Source: Dehalococcoidia bacterium (GTDB taxonomy: Bacteria; Chloroflexota; Dehalococcoidia; Lucifugimonadales; UBA2962). Taken from it: 64,000 nucleotides of DNA. Location: assembly GCA_965219325.1 (NCBI GenBank), contig OZ244723.1:1981803-2045802 (forward strand), read 5' to 3'. Of the stretch, positions 10,482 to 21,597 are shown in pieces; within the stretch, counting starts at the first letter, position 1, and the number at the start of each line of letters is the position of its first letter. Both the position numbers and the translations under genes were made by a program. Under the pieces are notes generated by a model. The model was not told where the DNA came from. It saw only the letters and a list, made by a program, of their open reading frames with translations, and made no database searches.

Positions 10482-11321
10482 ATGCCCACAAATATAGTTA
10501 GCTGGAACATCGCCAGGCGAAGAAAGCCGTGGCGTCAGCTGTTGCAGATGGACGCGGACGTGGCGCTGCTGCAGGAGGCGGGGCGAATCCCGGAGGATGT
10601 CTCCGAATCAATCGAGGTCGGCGACGACGAGCTCAGGGACTCGGATGCCTATGACCGATTCCCCATGGTAGCGAGGCTGTCCGATCGGGTCTCCGTTGAA
10701 TGGTTCAACCCGGCAGACCCTACACGCGAGACAGGTAGTGACGATTTCACCGTCAGTGACATCGGCACCATAGCCGCCGCCCGGATTGTTCCCAATGATT
10801 CGCCCCCGTTCATGGTGTTTTCCATGTATGCCCGCTGGGAACGGCCGCACCCATCGACCGGGACCAAGTGGTTTGTTGGCTATGCCGATGGCTCGGCTCA
10901 TCGCATGATCTCGGATCTATCGACGTTCATCGGCAGCGAGGACCTGAGCACACACCGTATCCTGGCAGCGGGTGACCTCAACCAGATCTACGGCGCCACC
11001 GACGACAACCGGTCTGCGCTCCCGGCCCGTGATCGCAGTGTCATGGACCGAATGGATGCGATTGGCCTGGAGTTCCTGGGGCCGCAGCACCCGGCGGGAA
11101 GGCGTGCGGACCCAACTCCCCAGGGCCTGCCGCCGGATACAAGGACCGTGCCCACCTGGCATAGCACCGTTGACTCTCCGGCGACCGCCCAGATTCAGCT
11201 GGACTATGTGTTCGCCTCCTGGGGATTTCACCGGGACGTTTCGGTGCGCGCGATGAACTCCGTAAAAGAGTGGGGTGCCAGCGATCACTGCCGTCTGCTG
11301 GTCGAGGTCGCCGGCAAGTGA
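10482..11321 (+). CDS. EEP family protein 4 (paralog of 1 and 3)
   Basis: SD aaggag; IVSWNI, DADVALLQEA, ILAAGDLN, QLDYVFAS, WGASDHC. Confidence 0.9.
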   Translation: MPTNIVSWNIARRRKPWRQLLQMDADVALLQEAGRIPEDVSESIEVGDDELRDSDAYDRFPMVARLSDRVSVEWFNPADPTRETGSDDFTVSDIGTIAAARIVPNDSPPFMVFSMYARWERPHPSTGTKWFVGYADGSAHRMISDLSTFIGSEDLSTHRILAAGDLNQIYGATDDNRSALPARDRSVMDRMDAIGLEFLGPQHPAGRRADPTPQGLPPDTRTVPTWHSTVDSPATAQIQLDYVFASWGFHRDVSVRAMNSVKEWGASDHCRLLVEVAGK

Positions 11322-11524
11322 TGGGCTCGGCTGAGGTGTTCAGGATTCCATGCGACCCGGATGCCGGCTCAACGCATCGCTCGCGCTGGAAGTTGGTCTT
11401 TCGGGCCAGGTCAGGCCCAGAAGGCCCCCGTCTCGGCAAGGGGCAGGTCGAGACAGCAGCACCCGGCTGTCGAATCAGGCGTCAAAACCCGTTCGATTGC
11501 GCCTCCCTCCGATGAGGACCTGAC

Positions 11525-13275
11525 ATGGCGAGAATGATCCCGGCCCAGATCGACGACTCGGTGGAGAGCTCGGCCGAGAGGCGGATCTTCGAACTGCTTG
11601 CCGCCGATCCGGAAACGGATGGATGGACGGTCCTCCACTCACTTGGATTGGCGCGTAGGCCGACCGGCCCATACGGAGAGATCGATTTCGTCATCCTCAT
11701 CCCCAACGAGGGCATCCTCTGCCTGGAAGTGAAGGGTGGACGTCTGTCCTGCGAGGGCGGAATCTGGAGGACCATGGACCGGCATGGCCGGGTGTCGGAG
11801 TTGAAGAGGAGCCCGTTCGCTCAGGCCAAGGATTCCATGTTTGCCCTGCGAGATTTGATCATCGGTCATTTCGGCAAGGGGACGCACGAGGCGAGTTGCC
11901 CGATTGGTTTCGCGGTCGCATTTCCCGACGTGGTCTGCCCACCGGCAAGTCCGGAATTCGAGCGCTCGGACGTCATCGACGCTGAGGACCTGAGGGGGCC
12001 GATCTCCGCGTCCATCGGTAGGGTCGCCCTGAGTCGCCTGAGGGAATTTCAGCCCCGGAGCGGCGAGCGCCTTCCGACGCTCTCTCAACTCAAGTCGATT
12101 GTGAGCTACCTGCGTCCGAGCTTCGATCTTGTGATCGCGAAATCTGCCTCCCTGAGCAGGACCGAAGACAGGCTGATGAGCCTGACCGGCGAGCAGTACG
12201 ACCGCCTGGATGAGCTTGCGGCCAATCCCCGCTGTCGGTTTACGGGGGCTGCCGGTACGGGCAAGACCCTCCTGGCTCTCGAATATGCGCGACGGGCTGA
12301 TCGCGCCGGGGCGAAGGTGCTGTTCGCCTGCTTCAACCGCCTCTTGGGGGATTGGCTTCAGCGGCAGACCAAGGGCACCGGGATCGCAGCTGGAAGCTGG
12401 CACAGGATCCTCAGGGGGATCATCGTTTCGAGCAGTGTGGGGGAGGAGTTCATCGAACACGAGCGCGAGGCCCTTGAGGGTGAGGACTTCCCGAGGCTCT
12501 TCGAGGAGCTGTACCCGTTTTATGGGGAAATTGCCCTGGAGGAGATGGACAGGCCGTTCGACGTGCTCGTCATGGACGAGACGCAGGACCTTCCCGGCGC
12601 AGCACCCTGAACCTGGTGAACCGGGCCGTGCGGGGAGGCCTGGCCGGAGGGACCTGGGGGATCTTCGGAGACTTCACTGGACAGGCCCTCTACGGAGGCG
12701 ATTCCGAAACTGCCGTGGACCTGTCGGAGTATTGCGAACATTACGTAAGGGCGACGCTCACCCTCAACTGCCGGAACACCCGGGCAATTGCCGAAGAGGC
12801 GGCTGTCATGGGTGGATTCAGCAGCCCACCGTTCAGGCTCGGTCGGGAGGCGGGGATGCCGGTTGAGCGTCGCTACTAGAAGACCGCACCCGGACTCACG
12901 AGGATCCTGGCAGAGACCATCGACCGCTTGACGAACAGTGGGGTGCCGATCGACGACATCGTTATCTTATCTCCCCGTCGTCTCGAAAATTCGGTCTTGG
13001 CCGAAGTCGAAAAGGTCGGCGAATTCCCGCTCGTCGACCGCTCGCGAATGTTGGACCCTCCCCAGGAGTGCGTCAGGTTCTCAACCATCCACTCGTTCAA
13101 GGGCCTCGAGAGTCAGGTGGTGATCATCGTTGACATAGAGGATGTAGACGATCCGAGATCGCAGTCTCTCCTCTATGTAGGCATGTCCAGAGCCCGGGGC
13201 CTTCTGATCCTGTTGGCCCATGAACGGGCCCGCAAGTCGATCGACACCCGAATAAGGGCGGCCTCGAAGACGTGA
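11525..13275 (+). pseudogene. NERD nuclease + SF1/UvrD-like helicase, disrupted
   Basis: NERD GEIDFVIL..CLEVKGG; Walker A GAAGTGKT; Walker B MDETQD; STIHSFKGLES; LYVGMSRAR. Frameshift near 12595-12610 and in-frame TAG at 12877-12879. Confidence 0.85.
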
Positions 13276-13412
13276 GGTCTGTTCCGGGCGATGATCCTTC
13301 AGTCTGTGGCAGGAAGCCGACAGTAGCGATTGGCAAGGGCCATTGGGGACGGCGTGGAGAATCGGTGGGGAAGAACGGGGCCTGAAGTTTGCTTATGGAG
13401 ACGGAGAAGAAC

Positions 13413-14432
13413 ATGGCATCTTTCGACCATCAGATGAATGAATACCAGACCAGCTGGCGCAAGAACCACTTGGATTGCACGGAACCGGGCGAGCAGCTGG
13501 GGCGCCGACGCTCCTGGATACTCCCGCGTGATCTGTGGGAGCAGGGTCTATGGCCCGGCATACGCACGGGCTCGGACAACCCTTTGCCCGACTATCTCAA
13601 AATGAATGAAGTGCAAAAGCACGGAGGCGTACACAACCTCAAGAGTTCGTGGGTCCTGTGCGCCAACATGTATTTCCCGTTTCGCGCGTCCGGCGAAGGT
13701 CGTGCCCTTCTTGCCTCGTTCCTGAAGACGCACGTCGAAGAGAAGATCGACACGCTAGAAACCATCGAGTTGGAATTCGCCGAGCCCAGGGGCAGCAAGC
13801 TGCACCCTTCGTGCCTGCTTGGGGAAGCGGGAGGGAACCGGGGAGCAAACCAGACATCGCCTGATCTCGGTTTACGCGTGAACGGCCGCCGGGGGCTTGT
13901 TCTGGTCGAGAACAAGTTCACCGAGCACAGCTTCTACGAGTGTTCTGCGTGGAGACATAAGGGCAGCTCCCGTCGACCCGGCAACCCCAACCCTGAGCGA
14001 TGCAATAGTCCGCTCAAGGTAGTCGAGGACGAGAGCAGGTGCCACCAGTCGTCCTGGGGTAGAAGATACTGGGAGCACCTGGCGCCCGACGTCGACAGGG
14101 AAGCGCTGGGGTCCCTGCCCATCTGTCCAGCGGCCAGGCATGGTTACCAGCTGTTCCGTCAGCAGGCCCTGGCCGAGGGCATCGCCCGATCAGGGGAATA
14201 TGATCTGGTCGTATCGGCGGTAGCGATAGATGATCGAAACGGGGAATTGGAAGCCGGGCTAAGACGGAGCGGGATTGGCGGGTTTGAGCAATGGGGCAAG
14301 ATCTTTCGCGGCCGTGCGCGCTTCGCTGTCTTCACGCACCAGAAGTGGGTTGACTGGGTAAGAGATAAAGGCGACAGCCGTTGGGGCGACTGGCTCTCAT
14401 ATGTGACCGAACGATACAACCTCAGGGCGTGA
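13413..14432 (+). CDS. Putative PD-(D/E)xK restriction endonuclease (PGN_0703-like)
   Basis: HNLKSSWVLCAN, NQTSPD...LVENKFTE nuclease core, conserved Cys, YQLFRQQALA. Confidence 0.65.
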   Translation: MASFDHQMNEYQTSWRKNHLDCTEPGEQLGRRRSWILPRDLWEQGLWPGIRTGSDNPLPDYLKMNEVQKHGGVHNLKSSWVLCANMYFPFRASGEGRALLASFLKTHVEEKIDTLETIELEFAEPRGSKLHPSCLLGEAGGNRGANQTSPDLGLRVNGRRGLVLVENKFTEHSFYECSAWRHKGSSRRPGNPNPERCNSPLKVVEDESRCHQSSWGRRYWEHLAPDVDREALGSLPICPAARHGYQLFRQQALAEGIARSGEYDLVVSAVAIDDRNGELEAGLRRSGIGGFEQWGKIFRGRARFAVFTHQKWVDWVRDKGDSRWGDWLSYVTERYNLRA

Positions 14433-14468
14433 AAGCCCGATCCAAACGAGTCCACTCGGGCGCCTCAC

Positions 14469-15268
14469 TCAAGAGCTCTCAGCTTCTGCCAACTCGAATT
14501 TCAGGACAGTCGCCACGACCTTCTCGAGCCATTTGATCAATCTGTCCACCTGGTCGCCGTCGAGTTCCCGGTCGGTTCGCCAGGCGAGATCGTCAGCCTT
14601 CCCTATTGGGACGAAGATACCGGTTTCCAGGGCTTCTTCTCTGAGGGATTCGATCACGCTTGGAGGCACATTGGAATTCTTCCTGATGTAGTAGAAGGCT
14701 GTATAGAAAGAAGATGGGTTGGAGACTGACGGCGGATACCCAAAGCAAATTGCCACCAAGGGCCGACGCGTGGCGACGTTCAGGGAAAATCCCTTTCTAC
14801 CCACCTAATCTGCATTCCTCCCCGCCTCCCAATAGCCAGCACGCGTACGTACAAGGCCCTCCCGTTCTCGTTGAACGATTCCAGGAAATCCGACTCATTG
14901 GTTCGGTTGTACTTGGACATCGCCTCGCGGTCCTCGGGTTCAAGATCAGACGCCTGCTCGCTGATCCTCGGCGTCACATCCTTGCCGGGCAGTATCTCGA
15001 GCAAGACTTCGACCTGATCAGGATTGATCTTGAAGAATTCCCGGGAGGCATTGATTCTGTGTGGCCCAAATGCCGCGTGCAGTGCGTCCTCCACTCTAGA
15101 CGCCTGCTGGTCTGCGACCTCTAGCGCGGCGACGCACTCAAATGGAAGAGGAACTCCCGTTGAGTAGAGTTCGCCCATTCGCAATCGAACGTCGTCCCTG
15201 TCGGTCATGCCAATCTTCACGATCCCCGGCATGGCGGGATTGGTGAGGACGTACACTATGTTGGACAT
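14469..15268 (-). pseudogene. GIY-YIG (T5orf172-like) nuclease with C-terminal domain, split by a frameshift
   Basis: IVYVLTNPAMPGIVKIGMT...REFF; adding one G in the aggtgggtaga run (~14800-14808) fuses it to the 14469-14804 ORF. Confidence 0.75.
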
Positions 15269-15497
15269 TTGCCTTCCCCTCATTCGTTGCGCAATAGAAC
15301 GGCTGGTCCATACCCCAGTACCTTGGGGCACCTATATTCTCACCCACCTGACTCTGGAAACAGGTGGAATACGAGCACTAGACTCGTTCCAGCGGTTGAG
15401 TTCGAGAGCGTGACATTGACAGCGACATGCTCGACATCCATAGCTCTATTCATCCCTTGCATAGCTGCTTGATCCACAGGCAGTTAAAGGAGTATTG

Positions 15498-17384
15498 ATG
15501 GACAACGTCGTTAATCTGGCAAGCCTCTTTCACGAGCGAGTCCTCCAAGTACCCGACTACCAGCGAGGCTACTCCTGGCAAGAGCGGCAAGTGAGGGAAT
15601 TCCTGGAGGATCTAGAGCTGCTAGCAGCCGATAAGTTCCACTATACGGGCACCGTGGTTTTATGTGTCGAGAATTCCCGCTTACCCCGCATGGATGAGGC
15701 TGGCAACGCCTTAGTAACCATGAACATCGTGGATGGACAGCAGCGGCTCACAACCATCATCCTGTTGCTCGACCAAATCCGCAGGTCGCTTTCCCGACTC
15801 TCCAAGAAGGCTCGGCGGCTCTCGCGTGGGATCGAAAAGAACTACATCGCCACAAAAGAAGCGAACGGGCTAAAGCTCTTCAAGCTGTCTCTTAACTCAG
15901 ACACGGATGACTTCTTCAAGTCCAGCGTTCTCGCCGAAAAACCTGGTGTAAGGGGACCGCAGATTCCTTCTGCAAAACGACTCCAAGCCGCAAAGAAACA
16001 GATCGCCGATTATCTGGATGTCAACATGGGCGCGCCGGATGGCGCAGCGGAGGATTGGCTCCAAGGCCTTTATGCCAAGGTCGCAACCCAACTCCGCTTC
16101 ACACTCTACGAGGTCGAAGACGAAGCTGAGGTCGGCGTCATATTTGAGGTAATGAATGACCGCGGCAAGCCTCTAACGGACCTGGAGAAAGTAAAGAACT
16201 ACATTCTTCATGCCGCAACTCGCCTTGACGTTTCCCATGACCTGGCGAGTTCTGTCAATGGCGCTTGGGCAGTGATCCTTAGGCAGTTGATGGCGGCTGG
16301 GCTCGACTCAAGTGCCGATGAAGATCGGCTGCTACGGGCCGACTGGCTGGCTCACTACAACCCTGCAGCCAAACTATGGAGGGGTAGCAGGAGCGTCAAA
16401 GACAGGTTTGATCTGAGGAAGTACAGGGCACGTTATCGAGACCTGCGAGACGAATTGCTCAGTTACACGGACCAGCTTCGGGAATCCGTCGTGAGTTTCT
16501 GCGACGCGTACGCTCCCCATAGGGGCGATGCCTTTGGATCATTCAAGGTTGATCCTAAGGCGCGGCTGAAGGTGATTGAGTGGAGCGAAAAGCTAAGAAG
16601 AGTTGGCGTCCTGGCACCATTTCTGCCGATCCTTCTCGCGATGAGAGAGCGCTGGCCCGAAGATCCTGCGAAGTACCTTGAGATCGTAAAGCTGTGTGAG
16701 TCCTTCGCCTTCCGTGTGTATCGACTTAAAGGGTCAAGAGCCGATGCCGGTCAGTTCACGTTGTTCCGCTTGGGATACGACCTAGCGCACGAATTGGAGG
16801 AATTTGACGGCGCGATCCTGCGCTTCAAGCTTGAACTCGACTACCGGTGCGGGAACGAGGCCTTCGAAGGTCTCCTGAGCGCGGATGACCAACAAATCAG
16901 CGAGGCTTATGACTGGAGGGGGCTACGTTACTTCCTATATGAGTATGAGACTGCTCTTGCATCGGAGCAGGGTGCGCCCAAGGTGACTTGGCATCAGTTG
17001 CAAAGTCGAGATCGCCGGGAAACGATTGAGCACATTCTTCCCCAGTCGATTGATAATCAGGCTTACTGGCGAAAGAGGTTCAGGGGACGGAAGCACCAGC
17101 GATTCCTTCACGATCTCGGTAATCTCACGCTGACAATTCACAACTCGTACTACCAGAACAAGTCGTTCCCCAAGAAAAAGGGAGCGGTAGACGTTAAGGG
17201 GCACTGCTACGCGAAATCACCTTTCTACATTGAAAGGGAACTGATGAAGTGGCAGGATTGGGACGTCTCCGCCATAGAAGGGCGCCGGACCCAATTGCTC
17301 GCATGGGCCCGGGAACGATGGGCGGTGGATCTAAGTGGCCTCGAAGATGACGAACGCGAATTGGAGTGGGATGAGGACGAGTAG
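15498..17384 (+). CDS. GmrSD-type fused DUF262/DUF1524 restriction nuclease (type IV-like)
   Basis: VPDYQRGYSW, IVDGQQRLTT, IFEVMNDRGKPL; C-terminal TIEHILPQ...LGNLTL; SD aaaggag. Confidence 0.88.
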   Translation: MDNVVNLASLFHERVLQVPDYQRGYSWQERQVREFLEDLELLAADKFHYTGTVVLCVENSRLPRMDEAGNALVTMNIVDGQQRLTTIILLLDQIRRSLSRLSKKARRLSRGIEKNYIATKEANGLKLFKLSLNSDTDDFFKSSVLAEKPGVRGPQIPSAKRLQAAKKQIADYLDVNMGAPDGAAEDWLQGLYAKVATQLRFTLYEVEDEAEVGVIFEVMNDRGKPLTDLEKVKNYILHAATRLDVSHDLASSVNGAWAVILRQLMAAGLDSSADEDRLLRADWLAHYNPAAKLWRGSRSVKDRFDLRKYRARYRDLRDELLSYTDQLRESVVSFCDAYAPHRGDAFGSFKVDPKARLKVIEWSEKLRRVGVLAPFLPILLAMRERWPEDPAKYLEIVKLCESFAFRVYRLKGSRADAGQFTLFRLGYDLAHELEEFDGAILRFKLELDYRCGNEAFEGLLSADDQQISEAYDWRGLRYFLYEYETALASEQGAPKVTWHQLQSRDRRETIEHILPQSIDNQAYWRKRFRGRKHQRFLHDLGNLTLTIHNSYYQNKSFPKKKGAVDVKGHCYAKSPFYIERELMKWQDWDVSAIEGRRTQLLAWARERWAVDLSGLEDDERELEWDEDE

Positions 17385-17628
17385 ATATTCCGTCTATTGG
17401 AGCGTCGATTGGGATTGCCTTCTAATGTTGTACGCCTTGAAGCCCTCAGGCAGACGGGGCTCAAGACAGGCAGTGTTGAACTGCCCTTCTCTCAGCCAGG
17501 ACATCAAGAGACGTTGAGATCGAGGGACAGGGCTGGGTCGATCGTATGAGCGACGACTTATCCAGTGACAGCGGCGAACCTGCCGGCCACTTCGTATTCG
17601 CTTTCGTTGCGGAGCTGGAGAGTGCCGG

Positions 17629-17898
17629 CTAGGCGTCATCATCGATCCACTTGATCACGTCGGCCGGCAAGCCTTCCCCTGCGGAAGGGGGCACCCATGA
17701 CCCGACAAGCAGCTTGTCGTTAGAGTCGAGCGCCGGCTTCAGGTAGTCCCGTACCTCTTTGGCAGTCCTAGCAGTCGCTACGCCCCATGTAGACTGCATG
17801 ATGTGCTTGTGGTTCCGGTACAGCTTATTGCAGCCTATCAAGGCGGCGTAGTTCTGTCCTGGATCCGAAGGATCATGGGTGACGATGTACCTCGCCAT
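17629..17898 (-). CDS. Small Cas2/VapD-like ferredoxin-fold protein
   Basis: YIVTHDPSDPGQNY..HIMQSTW..RDYLKPALDSNDKLLV resembles standalone Cas2-like proteins; SD ggagg. Confidence 0.55.
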   Translation of the reverse strand: MARYIVTHDPSDPGQNYAALIGCNKLYRNHKHIMQSTWGVATARTAKEVRDYLKPALDSNDKLLVGSWVPPSAGEGLPADVIKWIDDDA

Positions 17899-18580
17899 GC
17901 CGGAACCTCCGCTATCCTGATGCCTCTATCGTCCCATCAGCAGCGTTCTCACGGTCCATCTATTTTCCTCTCTGGATGTAACCAGCGTGTTGCTCACAGC
18001 GTCCCCGCTGAGTGCATGGTGTGTACCTCCTAGGCGAGCATTCGTGATTAGGATGTGGCTAGGCATCTTGGTCTTTGTACGGGTCGATCCGATGCTATAG
18101 TTAAAGGAAATGGCCTGTCCTCCCGCACTGGCCCTCAGATGGGCTAAGTGAAGGCTGACCCAGAGGGGCATGGCTTAGTCTAAACAGCCTTTTCTGCCAA
18201 GTCGGGAAGGGCTGATTTGTCTTCGGAGATTCTCGTACTCATGTTGGTTCATGATCGATGGTGGTCAAGGATTCCGGGAGACTGTGCGGTTTTGTGGCTC
18301 GCTAGGGAGATTTCGTGAGGACTGTTGTTCATTTCTATAGGAATGATCGGAATCGTAGGCGTGATCGTGGTCGCGACAGCTTTGCTGCGATTTTGCATCT
18401 TGATTCGTGTCGTTGGCTTCCTCTCTGTGTTGATCGACTTGATAGAGGAAGGAATTGGTGGCAGCGATTTGAGTCTGAGGATGATGCACGGAGGGCGGCC
18501 TATGCGCATGCTCGGAGTGAGGGCTTGGATGATGGTGCCGTGGTGGAGAACCCGAGGTGCTATCGTTGCTCGCGTGAGAG

Positions 18581-18862
18581 TTAGCTGACTAGCGTCTCGT
18601 AGTCTAGGCGTAGTTCCGGGAACCCGGCGGCCTGATATCTCACGGTCTGATGCCGAAACGGCAGGCGATTGTATCCATTGTTCTCGTCGGTATAGCCGAT
18701 GTCATTAGTTGTGACATCTTCACTGACGAATAGGTGAAGGGTTGACATGGATACATAGCGTTCGTGAGAAGCGTAAACTGGACCTGTAGCGCGATCCCGG
18801 ACGCCGCTGATTACTTCCTTAAAGAAAGGGAAATCCCCAATTCTCCATCCGGGTACGTCCAA
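18581..18862 (-). CDS. Hypothetical protein or fragment
   Basis: Low-GC ORF with TTG start, co-oriented downstream of 18963-20162. Confidence 0.3.
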   Translation of the reverse strand: MDVPGWRIGDFPFFKEVISGVRDRATGPVYASHERYVSMSTLHLFVSEDVTTNDIGYTDENNGYNRLPFRHQTVRYQAAGFPELRLDYETLVS

Positions 18863-18962
18863 TGTGCTTGACTATGACGGACACGGAATGACCATTAGCA
18901 GCCTGTTTGCGGGATCAAGGTAATACTGGTGAAACTGAACATATACTTGCGGCAACTTCATT

Positions 18963-20162
18963 CTATTTTTCTTGGAGGACTTGAGATTGTCTAAAAGTGC
19001 CCGTAATCAATTCTACACGTGGCGTGGAATAACCATTGATTACTACTACAGAATCAAAAGAAGTTAAGTCCATCGTATTCCAAGTGGTAGATTGGCTATC
19101 TATGTTTAGGTCTAGGACATTCAACAGCACCAGACAGAAGTATGGAACTTCCTCATCCGACTGCTCCTTATGACGTCCCTTGCTCCTGATCGCACGAGCT
19201 AATGCCATCTCGATATCCGCCTCTTGTATGGGAGGACTCTGTATGGCCATATCCATATTCTTCCCCGCATCCCTTGGCTTATCGAGAACCTGGCGACCTT
19301 CCAGTAGGTCGCCCAAAACGCGAGTAATCTCAAAATGCCACTGTACGCCATCTAGGCGGATTCGGTAGTCCGGAAAAGTCTTAGGACCATTGGGTTCATG
19401 GCAAACATCTTGAACCTCTATTCCCGCCTTGCGGAGATAGTCTTCCATTATTCGGATAGACCAGTTTTCGGCGACTGCCGTATCGGAGAGCAGGGGCGTT
19501 GGCTCCTTTAGTGTTAAGGGGCCTTGGGCCCCCACCCTTAAAACGAGTGCAGGAATTGCTGGATTGTACAAATGGACAATCAGCCATCTTGGGCTTGCAG
19601 TATGTCGGCTCGTCAAATCCATCTTGTACGGCTCGACAACGAAGTGACGTGTCTTTTCGCCAGTGCAGACGCTGATCAGTTTTTCGGTAGGCGAATCAGA
19701 CATCGCGGGTACAGGGAGTGTGGATAGATGGGAAAGGAGTTCGTTCTCGAGTCGCGGAGGATGAATCACATATACCTTTGTGGCGCCATCAATGTAGTCG
19801 GAGTCCTCGTTTCCGGCTATCTCGGCGATCATTGCCCTGAGCAAGGGGATACCAAGCCGTTTACCACTGGTGTCTGGTACGATGGAATCAGCGATGGTTG
19901 AAGAATAGAACTCCTTTGTGCTCTGTCCCATTCTCTCGTCGAGTAAACCGGACATGTACCCAGCAACGTTAGTGACGAGATTCTCACCAGCTTCAAATGT
20001 AACAGAATGCACACTTAATTCATCATACTCAGAGCTACCTGGTTGGATCACCTCAAGATGTACAAATGGAGGCACTAAGCGACGGAATAACTTCAGTCCT
20101 GGGCTATCCTCACCCAGAAGATACACTTGAGGCACTCTTATGCGAGTAGGTACGAAACTCAT
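18963..20162 (-). CDS. Hypothetical protein with a C-terminal PD-(D/E)xK-like nuclease domain
   Basis: 399-aa low-GC ORF; EP..PKTFPDYRI...HFEITR motif. Confidence 0.6.
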   Translation of the reverse strand: MSFVPTRIRVPQVYLLGEDSPGLKLFRRLVPPFVHLEVIQPGSSEYDELSVHSVTFEAGENLVTNVAGYMSGLLDERMGQSTKEFYSSTIADSIVPDTSGKRLGIPLLRAMIAEIAGNEDSDYIDGATKVYVIHPPRLENELLSHLSTLPVPAMSDSPTEKLISVCTGEKTRHFVVEPYKMDLTSRHTASPRWLIVHLYNPAIPALVLRVGAQGPLTLKEPTPLLSDTAVAENWSIRIMEDYLRKAGIEVQDVCHEPNGPKTFPDYRIRLDGVQWHFEITRVLGDLLEGRQVLDKPRDAGKNMDMAIQSPPIQEADIEMALARAIRSKGRHKEQSDEEVPYFCLVLLNVLDLNIDSQSTTWNTMDLTSFDSVVVINGYSTPRVELITGTFRQSQVLQEK

Positions 20163-20335
20163 CTATCTCACGTTCACCAGTTGGTTCGCCGGTATAATCC
20201 GTGTAGCAATGAGTTCCTGTGGACAGTATGGCCTCCAGAACAGTTGAGCCAAAGCAGAGAAGGCGGAATCAGTCGAATCGCATGACTTGATAGTGTCGAC
20301 GGCCACCCGGGCAGTCGCATGATGGCCTCCCCCTG

Positions 20336-21478
20336 CTAAAGGACGCTAGAGAGGTATGGGCGCATGGATGCGATGAGGTCCTTGCCTACCTTTCGCTCTA
20401 GAACTCTCCGATGTTGGTCCGATATCTGTTGCTCATAGTCACAGGGCGAGAAAAACGCATTCCCTATGCTACTCAAGACTTCAAACACTAGATTCATAGT
20501 TCCTTCGCTGGAACTGTTAGCCAGGTTGATCACTGACTTGATTCTATTGACCGTTATTGTTCTGCTTGCCGTGGAGGTACGCAAGTGCGAAACCACCAGC
20601 CTGTGTACATGAGCTCCCGAATAATTGACAGCTGAGCCGATGGGATAGAGCGTGAGGTATACTTCGCCGGCCCTTACGTTGTTGTACAGGGTGTATCGAC
20701 CTGACACAGCAAGTCGCAACGGTAACGGGATTATCTCATCTATTGACGTTTGAATTAGCGATGCAAACTGGCCACTAAGGTAACAGTCATCGAACAACGA
20801 TTTAGTTTTCCTAATTGTTTGAATACGCTCTCTATGGAGCCATTTCCCAATTGGGACTCGTTGATCTCGCCAGACGCCGTCTGTCAATTCGGGGGTTGCG
20901 CGTCCGAGACCAATCTGATCATCCAATTCCATCATCACCAAACGGTATGAAATCAGGAAACACTGTTCGTCCGTCAAGACCGGAGTGTCCAGCGGATGGG
21001 GCAAGCCGACTCCGTTTCGTTCAATCGGCCGGAACACCTCAGAGTCGTGCCATTCGCAGGCGAACCGACGCGTCGATGCTTCGCGGACGCCTATCTCTAT
21101 GGGATGCCATCTACTCCTGTCCACAAACACTGGGTACGGGTCGTCGTGGCGATTGACCAGGCGCGCCAGGATAGTAGGGATGTCGCGCGGGAACATCATG
21201 ACTTTGCCTCTTACGGCAAAGGATGAGAGCAATGCACGTTGGATCGAATGACTCCCAATAGGAGGGTTCGAACAGGTAGTAGCAGCTTTTGCTGGCACGA
21301 GGCAAAGGGATTGTGAGCGTCCCTTGCTCTGACGGATATGCGCCGTGTTGGACATCCGCATGCCTTCGCCAAAACGCTTGTCCCGCTTGATCTCTGCCCG
21401 GTCAGGTCTCCAATGCCGTCGCCCGTGTATCGATCCAAACCTCTTCTTGGCCCCACGCCTTCTACGTGACTTTGGCAA
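20336..21478 (-). CDS. Hypothetical Zn-binding, HNH-like protein
   Basis: C..C SNPPIGSHSIQ and ASTRRFACEWHD..F.PIE motifs; 380-aa low-GC ORF. Confidence 0.6.
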   Translation of the reverse strand: MPKSRRRRGAKKRFGSIHGRRHWRPDRAEIKRDKRFGEGMRMSNTAHIRQSKGRSQSLCLVPAKAATTCSNPPIGSHSIQRALLSSFAVRGKVMMFPRDIPTILARLVNRHDDPYPVFVDRSRWHPIEIGVREASTRRFACEWHDSEVFRPIERNGVGLPHPLDTPVLTDEQCFLISYRLVMMELDDQIGLGRATPELTDGVWRDQRVPIGKWLHRERIQTIRKTKSLFDDCYLSGQFASLIQTSIDEIIPLPLRLAVSGRYTLYNNVRAGEVYLTLYPIGSAVNYSGAHVHRLVVSHLRTSTASRTITVNRIKSVINLANSSSEGTMNLVFEVLSSIGNAFFSPCDYEQQISDQHRRVLERKVGKDLIASMRPYLSSVL

Positions 21479-21597
21479 TTCTTCTCCCGGCTTGGTCTTT
21501 GCCCAAACGATGGCTTAGCCTCTTACTTTCGACTCTTATCGCTTTGTCCGAAGAAACCGCCTTTGAAGGCGGCATCACCTGACCCCAGTCCAGTTCC

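Noticed and set aside
18249-18588. Several overlapping short ORFs, one hydrophobic
   Set aside because: Competing frames, no clear RBS or motif; cannot choose one
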